Shown here piece after piece: positions 52,101-64,000 of a stretch of DNA of 64,000 bases. The translations under genes were made by a program, and so were the position numbers. Under the pieces are notes generated by a model. It did not search any database, had not been told where the DNA came from, and worked only from the letters and a program-made list of their open reading frames with translations. The DNA comes from Thelocarpon superellum. Lineage: Eukaryota. The stretch spans positions 1 to 64,000 of the forward strand of contig JAPEUG010000021.1 in assembly GCA_026025795.1 (NCBI GenBank), read 5' to 3'. Every line of letters starts with the position of its first letter. Position 1 is the first letter of the stretch.

Positions 52101-52586
52101 CTCATCGAGAACCATGGGTGCCACCGCTTGACTCCCTAGTCGAAGGTAGAGTACTTACTCTGTACGCCGTCGATACGGTGTTGTTCGCTCCTACCTATTC
52201 GTGATTTGACCAGACCACTGGAGCCTTCCTGACATGGGAGTCATGGCCAGCCTGCTCCAAATGAAGCGAGAAGAGTGACTACGCGATGCTGTTCAACGTC
52301 AACATGATAGTGGATCCTTCACTAGTATTTCCACTGTTATGTGGACATCAGTATCCATGTGGACCTGGCAGCGTGACCCATTCATTGCCACAAGTCCCAT
52401 CGCCCGTCATCGTTGGAGAGTCTTCTCAAGCCAAGCCTCTCCGTGATGACCAAGTTCTTCACTCGCCAACCCACGAACATGGAGGAACGCACGTCAACTC
52501 GGTGTTCATCCCGACCATCCCACGAATAAGTAGGGTCGTCGCGCTTGGTCTTCCGCTCCCACCGGTGGAAGTCCAACGCGGACAGG

Positions 52587-53669
52587 ATGGAGGAACAGCT
52601 GCGTGAAGGACCAGACCCTCGGGCTGACCCCGTGTCAGTCCACAACGATGCCGACATCTTTACGCCTCACCCGCCTGAAATGGGACCTCAAGAGCGGGAA
52701 CAAATGGACGAACTACAACATCCGTGGCGACTTGCGGTGGAGATTCCATCTTTGGTCCCTGTCAGCATGGAGGAAGGCGTGAGGCTTGCCCTCTCAGCCC
52801 TCCGACCTCCCATGACGGCCACACAGCAGGAGGCGATGAAACGGCTCGAGAAGGTCCGCAATGCCACGTTCGTCCCGAAATCCTTCATCTACACCGTCTT
52901 CCATGACCTGGACACCCTCTTTTTTCGCAGCGTCTGTCGTCATCGCACGTATCTCACTTGGTCTGATATGGGCAGGCTTTGCCGAGACGCCGCCGCTTTC
53001 ACCATGCCGATCTTGGAGGGTCGAGGGGTCGCCATCCGCATGGCCCACAAGAACCTGACGACCCAGTGGCTGCCGCCTCCACCTCCCCCGCGACGTCCTA
53101 TCCTCCCTCCCGAGCTCCCCTTTACACTGCCCCCCACGTGGGCCCTCGAGCAAGCCGCCACGGAAGCACGACACACGGGTCCGACCGTGCTGCCCGCCCT
53201 CTTTTATCGCGCCCTGCCACCACATCTCTTGAACAAGCCCACGTTCAGTCGATTCGACATCACGGCAATCCTCTTACACGAAATGATCCACGCGTACTTG
53301 AGAATCGTCTGCGGTACATTCGACGACGCGCTGGGAGACAATGGCCATGGACCGAGCTTTGTGTCGATTCTCGAGGCTTTGGAAGACTATCTGGACCCTG
53401 CGTTTTCAATGGCGGTAACCCAAAGCTGGAACCTCGCACCCATTTCCGTCGTCCCTGAAGATCGTGCTCTTTCGAGGAGTCTGATCCCTCCATGGGTGAC
53501 AAGTAGAGAGCTGACGAGGAACACCAAGACCCAGACCAACCTCGAGACCAAGGCAACGGAAGCAGCAGCAGCGGAGGACGAAGAAGAGTACGAGGGTGGG
53601 CCAAAGAAGAAACAGAAGGTTGAGGAGAGCACGGCCGAGACCAGTTTGGAGCGTAAGTTGCAACAGTAA
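52587..53669 (+). CDS. SprT-like zinc metalloprotease domain protein (intronless)
   Basis: FHDLDTLFF...ILLHEMIHAYL...GHGPSF (HExxH plus third His); Pro-rich insert; C-terminal PKKKQKV. Confidence 0.7.
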   Translation: MEEQLREGPDPRADPVSVHNDADIFTPHPPEMGPQEREQMDELQHPWRLAVEIPSLVPVSMEEGVRLALSALRPPMTATQQEAMKRLEKVRNATFVPKSFIYTVFHDLDTLFFRSVCRHRTYLTWSDMGRLCRDAAAFTMPILEGRGVAIRMAHKNLTTQWLPPPPPPRRPILPPELPFTLPPTWALEQAATEARHTGPTVLPALFYRALPPHLLNKPTFSRFDITAILLHEMIHAYLRIVCGTFDDALGDNGHGPSFVSILEALEDYLDPAFSMAVTQSWNLAPISVVPEDRALSRSLIPPWVTSRELTRNTKTQTNLETKATEAAAAEDEEEYEGGPKKKQKVEESTAETSLERKLQQ

Positions 53670-53789
53670 GCGGTGTTGAGCGTCAGCCTAATCATTCATT
53701 GACATCCGTAGACGCAAAGGAGATTCTCCTGGCGCCATGGGTCTAAGATACACCGCGATCGTATCCTCCACAGTATGTGGCACTCCAGA

Positions 53790-56841
<3,052 letters not shown>

Positions 56842-56934
56842 CTTGAGCTGGCGAATCGATCGTGCCGGTGGCAATGGCGAGGCCACGTCGTCTGCGCTCG
56901 ATCGTCGCGGAGTTCGTCGCAGTGAGGAGGGAAG

Positions 56935-57025
56935 ACGCGTTGCGCGGCGCGAGATGGGGGGAAGCGCGTAGAGTGGTTTCGCGTCGGGCCAATCAGACGC
57001 GAGCGGTAGTTGGAGGGAAACGCGT
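56935..57025 (-). promoter_or_regulatory. Cluster of MCB elements in the MCM6 promoter
   Basis: ACGCGT at 56935-56940 and 57020-57025, TTTCGCGT at 56977-56984, CCAAT at 56989, 95-185 nt upstream of the ATG. Confidence 0.6.
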
Positions 57026-57776
57026 GTGTGGGCAGGCGCCAACGCACGTAGACGGGCACGATCATGGGGGCCCTCTGACCCAGGTGACAAGGTCGAGTTA
57101 CGAGTCGGTAGGGGTCCCTCCATGGCTGGCTATTATTAGCCGCTCCCGGGAGTGCTTCTAGTCAACGTCTTTCGAAGCAAGGATTGATCGGGAGGTTGGA
57201 GGCACTTCAAGATCAATCGTTCGAGCACGATCTTCCTACGAGCTCCTAAAGGGAGCATCGATCCTCTGTTTCCAACTGAGAACAATTTGGCTTGTAAGAA
57301 GTCGGTTGAATATGTTCACTGCGCGGCGAGCCCGAGCTACAAGTTTTCTCGATTTTCCAAACATTCCGCCAAAATGTTCCGAATATCGCGGCTAGCAACA
57401 ATAGGTGACTACACTTTATGTTGCTTCCTAATACTGAATCATCCTTATGTACGGGCGACACATCCCAAACAGGACTCCATTTCAAGTCTCAGTGTGCTGG
57501 CGATTGTCAAAGGACTTTCAACCAGCATAATGAAAGCGCGGATCTTCGACTGTCGCACAGTGGGAATACAGTGTAGATAGTATTAAGGCTAGCTAATAAA
57601 ACTCTGCTTGGGTCTCCCCATACCAATTATATGGGAACCGACAAAGCGGCATTTCCTGTTCCGCCTTCCATGATCAACTGCTGATTATGTCATCTTCCAA
57701 CTTCGACCTGGGGAGTAGATCAGCACGTGACCGGCGCATGACGGAGCGTACACGAGGTGCGTCACACAGGATGCAA

Positions 57777-57821
57777 GTCAATCATGTCAATCCTGTCAAT
57801 CCTGTCAACCCTGTCAATCTT
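57777..57821. repeat. Tandem 9-mer (GTCAATCCT) x5, degenerate
   Basis: Direct reading. Confidence 0.9.
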
Positions 57822-58783
57822 TGAGCTGGTTACGGAATGTGTGGGACAAGCCACTCGGAAGAACAGGCAGATGAAGCGCATCGTCGCGCTTGCACTCCTC
57901 CCTGGCTCGTGAATGCCGGGTCCGAGTGCGATGTCTACGGTACTAGCAGCACCGGAAGTGGTACCATAGCATTGATCTCTCATGATATGTCATCTATCTG
58001 GAGGTGGGGCCGTAGACGGGCAAGTATGGGCATACCATGGACTCAGCCCCGGTATGTCCGATCAAAGCTCACCGAAAGCAGGCAGTTCTTAGCGGAACAT
58101 ATACCTCTCCTGGTGCTTGTAGCAGGATGATGCCACAACCGCTACGCAGCCCCCGTGAACCCCCGACGGCCCCGGAAGGCAATGCAACGCAACGCTGGAT
58201 TTGACTTTCCAATCACCTGCTGGCGATGGCAGGTCGGGTAATGCGTTCGCGCGGCGTGCTGGGCTCCCGACACAGGCGCCATGTGCTTCTTCCGGCAGAC
58301 TGCCGTCTGGATGGACGGTCGGCAGACACTACGTTACTGTTGTCGTAGGCGAAGGTTTGAGTGGGCCGGAGAGAGATTTTAGATTCGGCTTGCCATGATC
58401 CATCCATCCCTTTTGGCTCAGCATTCGGACACGCAAGCAGGCAGGCGGGCAAGCGCATGTGCGACGAGGACGGGTGGAGGGACGGCACCATGGGAGCAGC
58501 CTCAAATAGCAGATCGCTCCCACGTCTGCGCGCGTACGGAAGAGGGCGAATCGGTCCACGAGTACCAGAAGTCACCTTGTATTCTGTGCGGCGTCGATGC
58601 GTTCGAATGGATGTTTGTACTGTTCGAGCAGCCTGGATGTAGGATGTGGTCCACGCCGCACGGTGGACGGCGGCGCTGTCCCCGTCTCTGCCTTTCCGTC
58701 TCCGTCTCCGTCTCCCTGTCCCTGTGCCTCTTCTCCTCCATTTCATCCGTCCTGTGCGTAGTGGAACTCACCAATCAACGCAG

Positions 58784-60009
58784 CGACCCGACGGAGATTC
58801 AGTGGTGCGATCGGGCATTTGGAGAAGGACTTGCCTTCGAAGATGCTCGGCGCGCTGCCTCTTTTCTGCCGCAGGGTTCCGGGCCCATCCGATGGGACTA
58901 CGAGGACTTTCCCAAAAGCCACGCATATGGTACGTGTTCTCCTCGTGGCAGCTACCATCGCCAGTGTAAATGACGCAGGCTTCTACAGCATTAGAAGCAA
59001 TCTAATGCAAATCTCATCGTCGCTCGATAGGAGACTTGTCGATCGCCATCTTTGCGCTCAGCGAATTCGGGGTCGACTATCAATCCTTCAGAGCCTTTGT
59101 ACCGCAAGCTCTGATCGACGTCACGTCGTGGATTGCGCATAGCTGCGTGCGACGGGAGGGATCCGGAGGCTTTTCCACGCTCAGGCTGAACTACACGCAG
59201 ACCGGCGATGATCCGCCCGGTAAGATGGCCGCTCTACGACGTTTCGATGCTGGAATCCCGGCGAGCGCCGGCTGATACAAATGCGCTGCAGATTCTGAAC
59301 CCCACTACATGGGAGTCATGATCTCCCGTAGGGCAAGCCGAACGCGGCTACCTGAAGCGTCGGATTGGATGGACTTGGCCGTCCGAAATCGCGTGTTTCA
59401 AGGCCATACCATGTGGTCGTGGTACAGTCGCGGCCATACAGATGGCGAAGGAGTCTGGACCAGCACCGCCATTGAATTTCACACCATTTTTTCTCGATGG
59501 ATGGGATGGCAGTCTCGCCAGTCAATGCCGTCGTGCAACGGGGATCGTTTGTCGAGGCAGGAGGCGCAGCAGCTGCAGGCCAAGCTCCCACCAGACACCC
59601 AAAACCTGTCGCTGTCGGCGGATCAGCCCTACCTGGTCACGACCGATGCCCCATCGGGTAAGTAGCTGCTGGCGCGGAGTGTGCTCGGGATCCGGTTGGT
59701 GGAAAGTCGTCTGACCCGATGATGCGACTCAGATCTTGGCTTGTCCGTCATTTCCGCGCAGGACGTGGATCTCCCATGGCAGGCCATCAACAACGTCGTC
59801 CGGCTGATCGTCGAGACGTGCCTGTATGAAGCAGTCCGGAAGCACACGGGGGGGAATATGACCTGGCATTTTCCAACAGCGGATGGTAGGCGTAGGGAAG
59901 CCAATGCAACGGGTCCTTGCTAACCGGTGCCCCACCAGGCGAGTCGTTCTCGATGACTGTCAGCCTCGTCAACCACGTAGCAACAACCATGGAAGGTCTG
60001 GGTGGCTGA
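58784..60009 (+). CDS. Orphan multi-exon protein with two internally repeated domains (exons 58784-58929, 59031-59219, 59292-59657, 59733-59885, 59939-60009; 5' end unresolved)
   Basis: Four consecutive canonical introns (GTACGT, GTAAGA, GTAAGT, GTAGGC donors; CTAAT/CTGAT/CTGAC/CTAAC branch points; YAG acceptors) all keep one open frame to TGA 60007-60009. Confidence 0.7.
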
Positions 60010-60176
60010 TTGCGTGGGGAAGATGTGGAGATGTGCTTCATTTCATTGTGGATATCGAGAGAGTTGGGGTGCGGCCCAGAAGCGGCGCCCCGTGAGATTG
60101 GATCAGGTGTACAGACGTCGGGTAGCGTACATAGACCAGCCGAGCGAGCCACGTCGTCGTCCATTCTCCTGCCTTT

Positions 60177-63100
60177 TCATCGATTCTCATGCATGCTACT
60201 GCGTGGACTGGACTGGCCGGTGGTCTGACTAGTCGGGCCGGCTGTGCTGGGTAGGGGGGAGGGCGAGAGGTCACGCATGCTGGGAGGCAGGCCGAGGGCG
60301 GGAATGCTCGTCACCAGCACCGGCGTCTGGGGTTCGGATCCCGACGGCGCCGCATGCGACAAAACATCGTCATAGAAACGCTGCAAGCCGGCCGGGTCGG
60401 AGCAGAAGGACTCCAGCTCATCGCGAATCCGCACCATGAGATCAGAGGACGACATTTTCTCCACCGTGCGTGGGCCGCGCGCATCCGGCACGGCGCGCAC
60501 CAGGGGCGACGAGAAGGGCGATGAGTGGTGCGCCGAGCGCGTCTCGCGACCCTCGGCCCGCTCGAATTTGTCGGCGTTGGCGGCGGTGCGGTCGTTGCAG
60601 AGTCGGTTGGCGAGGAGCAGGAAGTTGCCCTCGTCCGTGATCTGGGCCAGAAGAATGCCGGACCGATGGATGTACTGCGTGTAGCGGTAGTCGGGCTCGC
60701 CCCAGGAATACGTCACCTCGACCGTGGCGGGGAAGTTACGGGCCGACTCGATGTCCAGCACAAAGTCAAAGGTCTTCATCATCGCCTTCTGGTAGTAGTG
60801 CCGGTCCAGGTCGACCTGCGGCGCCAAGGAGGTGGCGTCGTAGAAGCTCTGTGGCCGTTGGCTGGGCGGAGGCCGTGCGAGCCGCACCAAGTAGGGCGCG
60901 CGGAAGGGCTGCCGGTCCGTGATGGAGGAGGCCTCTGCGATGGGCACCTCGACCAGGCGCAAGCCGAACCGTTCCGCCACCGTGGCCCACGACACGATGG
61001 CGTCCTCGATCAGCTTGGCCGTGACATTCATCCAGTCGATGCGAATGTGGTAGCAGTTGTCGGGGTTGTGGAGGCGGTCGTAGTGCAGGTTGATGAGCTC
61101 GGAACGATACGACTTCTTCCGATGGTCCACGTCGTACCGCATCACCTTACTCAGGGCCACCTTGAGCTTCTTGCCGCCCGTCGGCGTTGGCCTCGACGTC
61201 ATGGCCGGGCCCGGCGTCGCACCACCCGCCTCCGACCGCGTGTCGTCGGTTGTCGCCGAGCCTGATCGGGTCTGGTCGGTGCGCGGCGACGTGAAGGCGT
61301 CGACGGGATGTGACACAGGGGTGGACGGCACCGACCGATCGGAGCGTCGGGTGCCGAACCAGCTGCGTCGTGACTCCGGTCGGGGAGCACGATACTCGCT
61401 CGCAACCTGGTAGAAGTAGTTGCCATCGCGGAATTGATGCCGGCCTTCCACGTGCTGGAACAGCCCTTCTCGCATGAGCTCGTTGCCCAGCTCCACCGCG
61501 TCCTCGCGCGTCTCAACGTCGTGGAAGTTCTCGAGTAGCCAGGTGGTCATCTCGAACCCGATGAAGCAGTTGTAGTGCAGTCGCAAGTGCCATCGACGAT
61601 CCTGCATCGCGATGCCCTGGTCGCCTTGGATCTCCTGCGCCAATGTGGCAAGCTTGAGCGTCGATCGCTGGAAACGTTCCGACTCTGTCAAGAGATGGCT
61701 GCGCCGCCCCGACGACTCCGTGTCCACCAGCGGCAATCCGTCCAGCTCGGCCGCGATGACGGCAGACGGATCTCGCGTCTGATAGACGATGTCCAAGGGA
61801 TTCGCGTCACGTCGCTGCCGCCGCGGCCCAGTATGGCCGCGCTCGTCCGCTGGGATGAAGCGGTAGCGTTGCCACATCTGCGTGAGCTCGCGGATCCCCT
61901 CGAGCCGCGTCTCTTCCTCATTGTCCTCGCTGAGCGCGTGGGGCTGGCGCCGCGCGCTCGCCGACGGCTCCACAGGGATCAAGACGAAACGTGCGCGCCA
62001 GAAGCGGAGGTGCTCGGTATACGGCTCTTCATAGCCGGCGATGAAGGAATCGACATAGTTCCAATTGTAGTCTTCTTTGGGCGCCTGAATCATGATCTGG
62101 CGTGCCTCGTATGACTCTCCCATCACCGTTCGAATGGCCGGGTCATAGGCCCTGCCCTCGTCATCCTCGCCCATCTTCTCCCGACCCGTAGTGGAGGCGA
62201 GGGTCTTCCGCACCATCCGCTTGACCTCCACCTCGCCGCCCTCGACGCATTGCAGCAGATGAATGGCAGAGCCTCGTGACATGACCGCCATGGCACCCGC
62301 CGCGACCATGGAGCTGGTGTCGAAGAGATTCACCAGCTTCGACGACGCCTTTCCCACAGCCGTGGCAACAGCCTCACCGATGACGAGCTGGAATCCTTGA
62401 GACAGCCGTAAGGCGACGAGCTCCTTGAACAGCGCATCGCGAGCGATGGGCACCTCACTTAGCTCCGCCTCCTCGTTCTGCGAGATGGTGTAAGGACTTT
62501 CTTGATATTCCGAGGCAAACTGCTCCGCTGAGGGAAAGGTCTCGGTCGTGAGCGGCACCGCAGCCGGCGAACAGAGGGACTTCCATTTCATTGACGGGGC
62601 GCGCATCGGGTGCGAGAAGACATGCTGCCACGGACCCGATTCGGCTTCGGGATGCACATGGCTTTTGCTGGGGTTGGACGGGTTCACCACCGTCAGCCAC
62701 GGTGCCATCAAGTTGGTGGGCGCCAGGATGGGAGGCAAAGTGGGATTGAGAAGCGACGGATCGAGTTTGGGTCCAGCTTGCTTCGTCTTCGATGCGGCTT
62801 GGATCACGTCCATCCGCTCCGACAAGATTTTCTCCTGCGCGTATCCGCCCCGCACCGAGGCCAAAGTTGGCTGCGCTTTGCTCGACATGGCTCCGTCGAA
62901 GCTGAGGGCGGTGCCGCGGATGGCGATGGGGGTCGACATGTTCTCGCGGCGCATCACCTCCAGCTTCTCCGGCGATCGGTCCTTGTCGCTGGCACCCGAG
63001 TCGTCGGATTCCGCATCGGAGCTCCGCGAACTGTGTGAGGAATCGTCCGTGCTCCCTAGTGAGTTGCCGTGGAAGGTGTGAGCGGCAGAGACCGACTGCC

Positions 63101-64000
63101 GCAAGACGGGACCGGGCCGGGCATTCTCCCGCTTGACCTCTGTACTCGCGATGGCCTTGGGTGGCGCAGCCCCCAGTAGACGGAGTCCGAAGCTGAGCTG
63201 CCGCGAGACCCGCGCCGGCCGATCCGCGGGCTTGGCGACGCTGCCGGCGCTTCCTTTCCGCTCCGCGGCGGGATCATTCCTGACGTGTCGCTCCTTCATC
63301 TTGCGATCAAAATAGGCGACGCCAGACCGGCCGAGCGATCCCATCGGCGACCGCGCCTGGTCGTGAAAGGAGGTGCCGAAGAGGAGCGAGTCCGCCTGGC
63401 GGGTCTTCTCGTCCTCTTCCGATCGTTCACGGCGGGCAGCACGCGCAGCGGCCTGTAGATAGCTCCAGGGCCGGAAGACGTTATCGTCGTATACCTCCGT
63501 CCATTTGTAGACTTCGCGGTCTTCCTTGGTGATGATGCGGTGCGACTCAACCTTTGCAAACGACGATGGGGCTACCAGGTCCAAAGGCGGCAGACGAGGC
63601 CCCTTCGGCGTGCTCTGCCCTGATGGCTGCGTGCTGCCGATCTTGGCCGGTCGTAGCTGCTTGGGGGCGAGCGAGGTGCTAGCCTCCACTGGTTCGGGCT
63701 GGAAGGCATGCCGGTGCAGATACGGGACCGAGATGTTGCTCATTTCATTCTCCATGATGCCCATCATCTGCAGCTCATACATCTTGACGCGTGTCACGAA
63801 GCCCGCGGACTTTCCGCGGTCGGCCAGATTGCTCGACATGAGGTCGTCCTTGCCTTCGACGTGGCGGAGGTGTCGGCCCGAGGGCGCCCAGAAGGAGATG
63901 TCGATCCAATGGGGGATAGCGTACGTCCACCCCCCGGTGGAGGAGTCTGAGGGGACGGCCAATCCGGCGGCGAAAAGAGGGCCCTTCAAGGGTGACGGGG
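60177..64000 (-). CDS. IML1: Iml1/Sea1 (DEPDC5) GATOR1/SEACIT subunit, 5' part outside window
   Basis: YAIPHWIDISFW, KWKSLCSPAAVPLTT, LRLSQGFQLV, YNWNYVD, LRFWRARFVLIP, DEP domain (DRRWHLRLHYNCFIG...FRDGNYFY), HYDRLHNPDNCYHI, QYIHRSG. Confidence 0.95.
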   Translation of the reverse strand, partial: PSPLKGPLFAAGLAVPSDSSTGGWTYAIPHWIDISFWAPSGRHLRHVEGKDDLMSSNLADRGKSAGFVTRVKMYELQMMGIMENEMSNISVPYLHRHAFQPEPVEASTSLAPKQLRPAKIGSTQPSGQSTPKGPRLPPLDLVAPSSFAKVESHRIITKEDREVYKWTEVYDDNVFRPWSYLQAAARAARRERSEEDEKTRQADSLLFGTSFHDQARSPMGSLGRSGVAYFDRKMKERHVRNDPAAERKGSAGSVAKPADRPARVSRQLSFGLRLLGAAPPKAIASTEVKRENARPGPVLRQSVSAAHTFHGNSLGSTDDSSHSSRSSDAESDDSGASDKDRSPEKLEVMRRENMSTPIAIRGTALSFDGAMSSKAQPTLASVRGGYAQEKILSERMDVIQAASKTKQAGPKLDPSLLNPTLPPILAPTNLMAPWLTVVNPSNPSKSHVHPEAESGPWQHVFSHPMRAPSMKWKSLCSPAAVPLTTETFPSAEQFASEYQESPYTISQNEEAELSEVPIARDALFKELVALRLSQGFQLVIGEAVATAVGKASSKLVNLFDTSSMVAAGAMAVMSRGSAIHLLQCVEGGEVEVKRMVRKTLASTTGREKMGEDDEGRAYDPAIRTVMGESYEARQIMIQAPKEDYNWNYVDSFIAGYEEPYTEHLRFWRARFVLIPVEPSASARRQPHALSEDNEEETRLEGIRELTQMWQRYRFIPADERGHTGPRRQRRDANPLDIVYQTRDPSAVIAAELDGLPLVDTESSGRRSHLLTESERFQRSTLKLATLAQEIQGDQGIAMQDRRWHLRLHYNCFIGFEMTTWLLENFHDVETREDAVELGNELMREGLFQHVEGRHQFRDGNYFYQVASEYRAPRPESRRSWFGTRRSDRSVPSTPVSHPVDAFTSPRTDQTRSGSATTDDTRSEAGGATPGPAMTSRPTPTGGKKLKVALSKVMRYDVDHRKKSYRSELINLHYDRLHNPDNCYHIRIDWMNVTAKLIEDAIVSWATVAERFGLRLVEVPIAEASSITDRQPFRAPYLVRLARPPPSQRPQSFYDATSLAPQVDLDRHYYQKAMMKTFDFVLDIESARNFPATVEVTYSWGEPDYRYTQYIHRSGILLAQITDEGNFLLLANRLCNDRTAANADKFERAEGRETRSAHHSSPFSSPLVRAVPDARGPRTVEKMSSSDLMVRIRDELESFCSDPAGLQRFYDDVLSHAAPSGSEPQTPVLVTSIPALGLPPSMRDLSPSPLPSTAGPTSQTTGQSSPRSSMHENR

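Overview
Eukaryotic DNA from a GC-rich, compact filamentous ascomycete (Pezizomycotina-type genes; short GT-AG introns with CTRAC/CTRAY branch points). Most entries in the ORF track are exons or antisense shadows, so genes were reassembled by hand across introns. About 20 genes are supported. Conserved genes: VPS41, an RMD1/DUF155 (MRX10-like) gene, PET112/GatB, arginase, a CAP10-like GT90, nirA/nit-4, tubulin cofactor D, a COA2-like gene, PP4 catalytic subunit PPH3, a pyridoxamine-phosphate-oxidase-like gene, a CSC1/OSCA (DUF221) channel, MCM6 and the 3' part of IML1. Interspersed are lineage-specific secreted or membrane genes, an SprT-like HExxH protease with an SV40-type NLS, and an orphan gene invisible to the ORF track that is built from two duplicated Cys-bracketed domains with matching phase-1 introns. 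No tRNA, rRNA, CRISPR or intact transposon was recognised, and no multi-gene novel system could be demonstrated. The best leads are the orphan two-domain gene, the PPH3 stop-codon-only exon (retention would swap the DYFL end for a hydrophobic tail), the SprT-like gene and several uORF or UTR-intron features. Gene names come from recalled motifs, not database searches.
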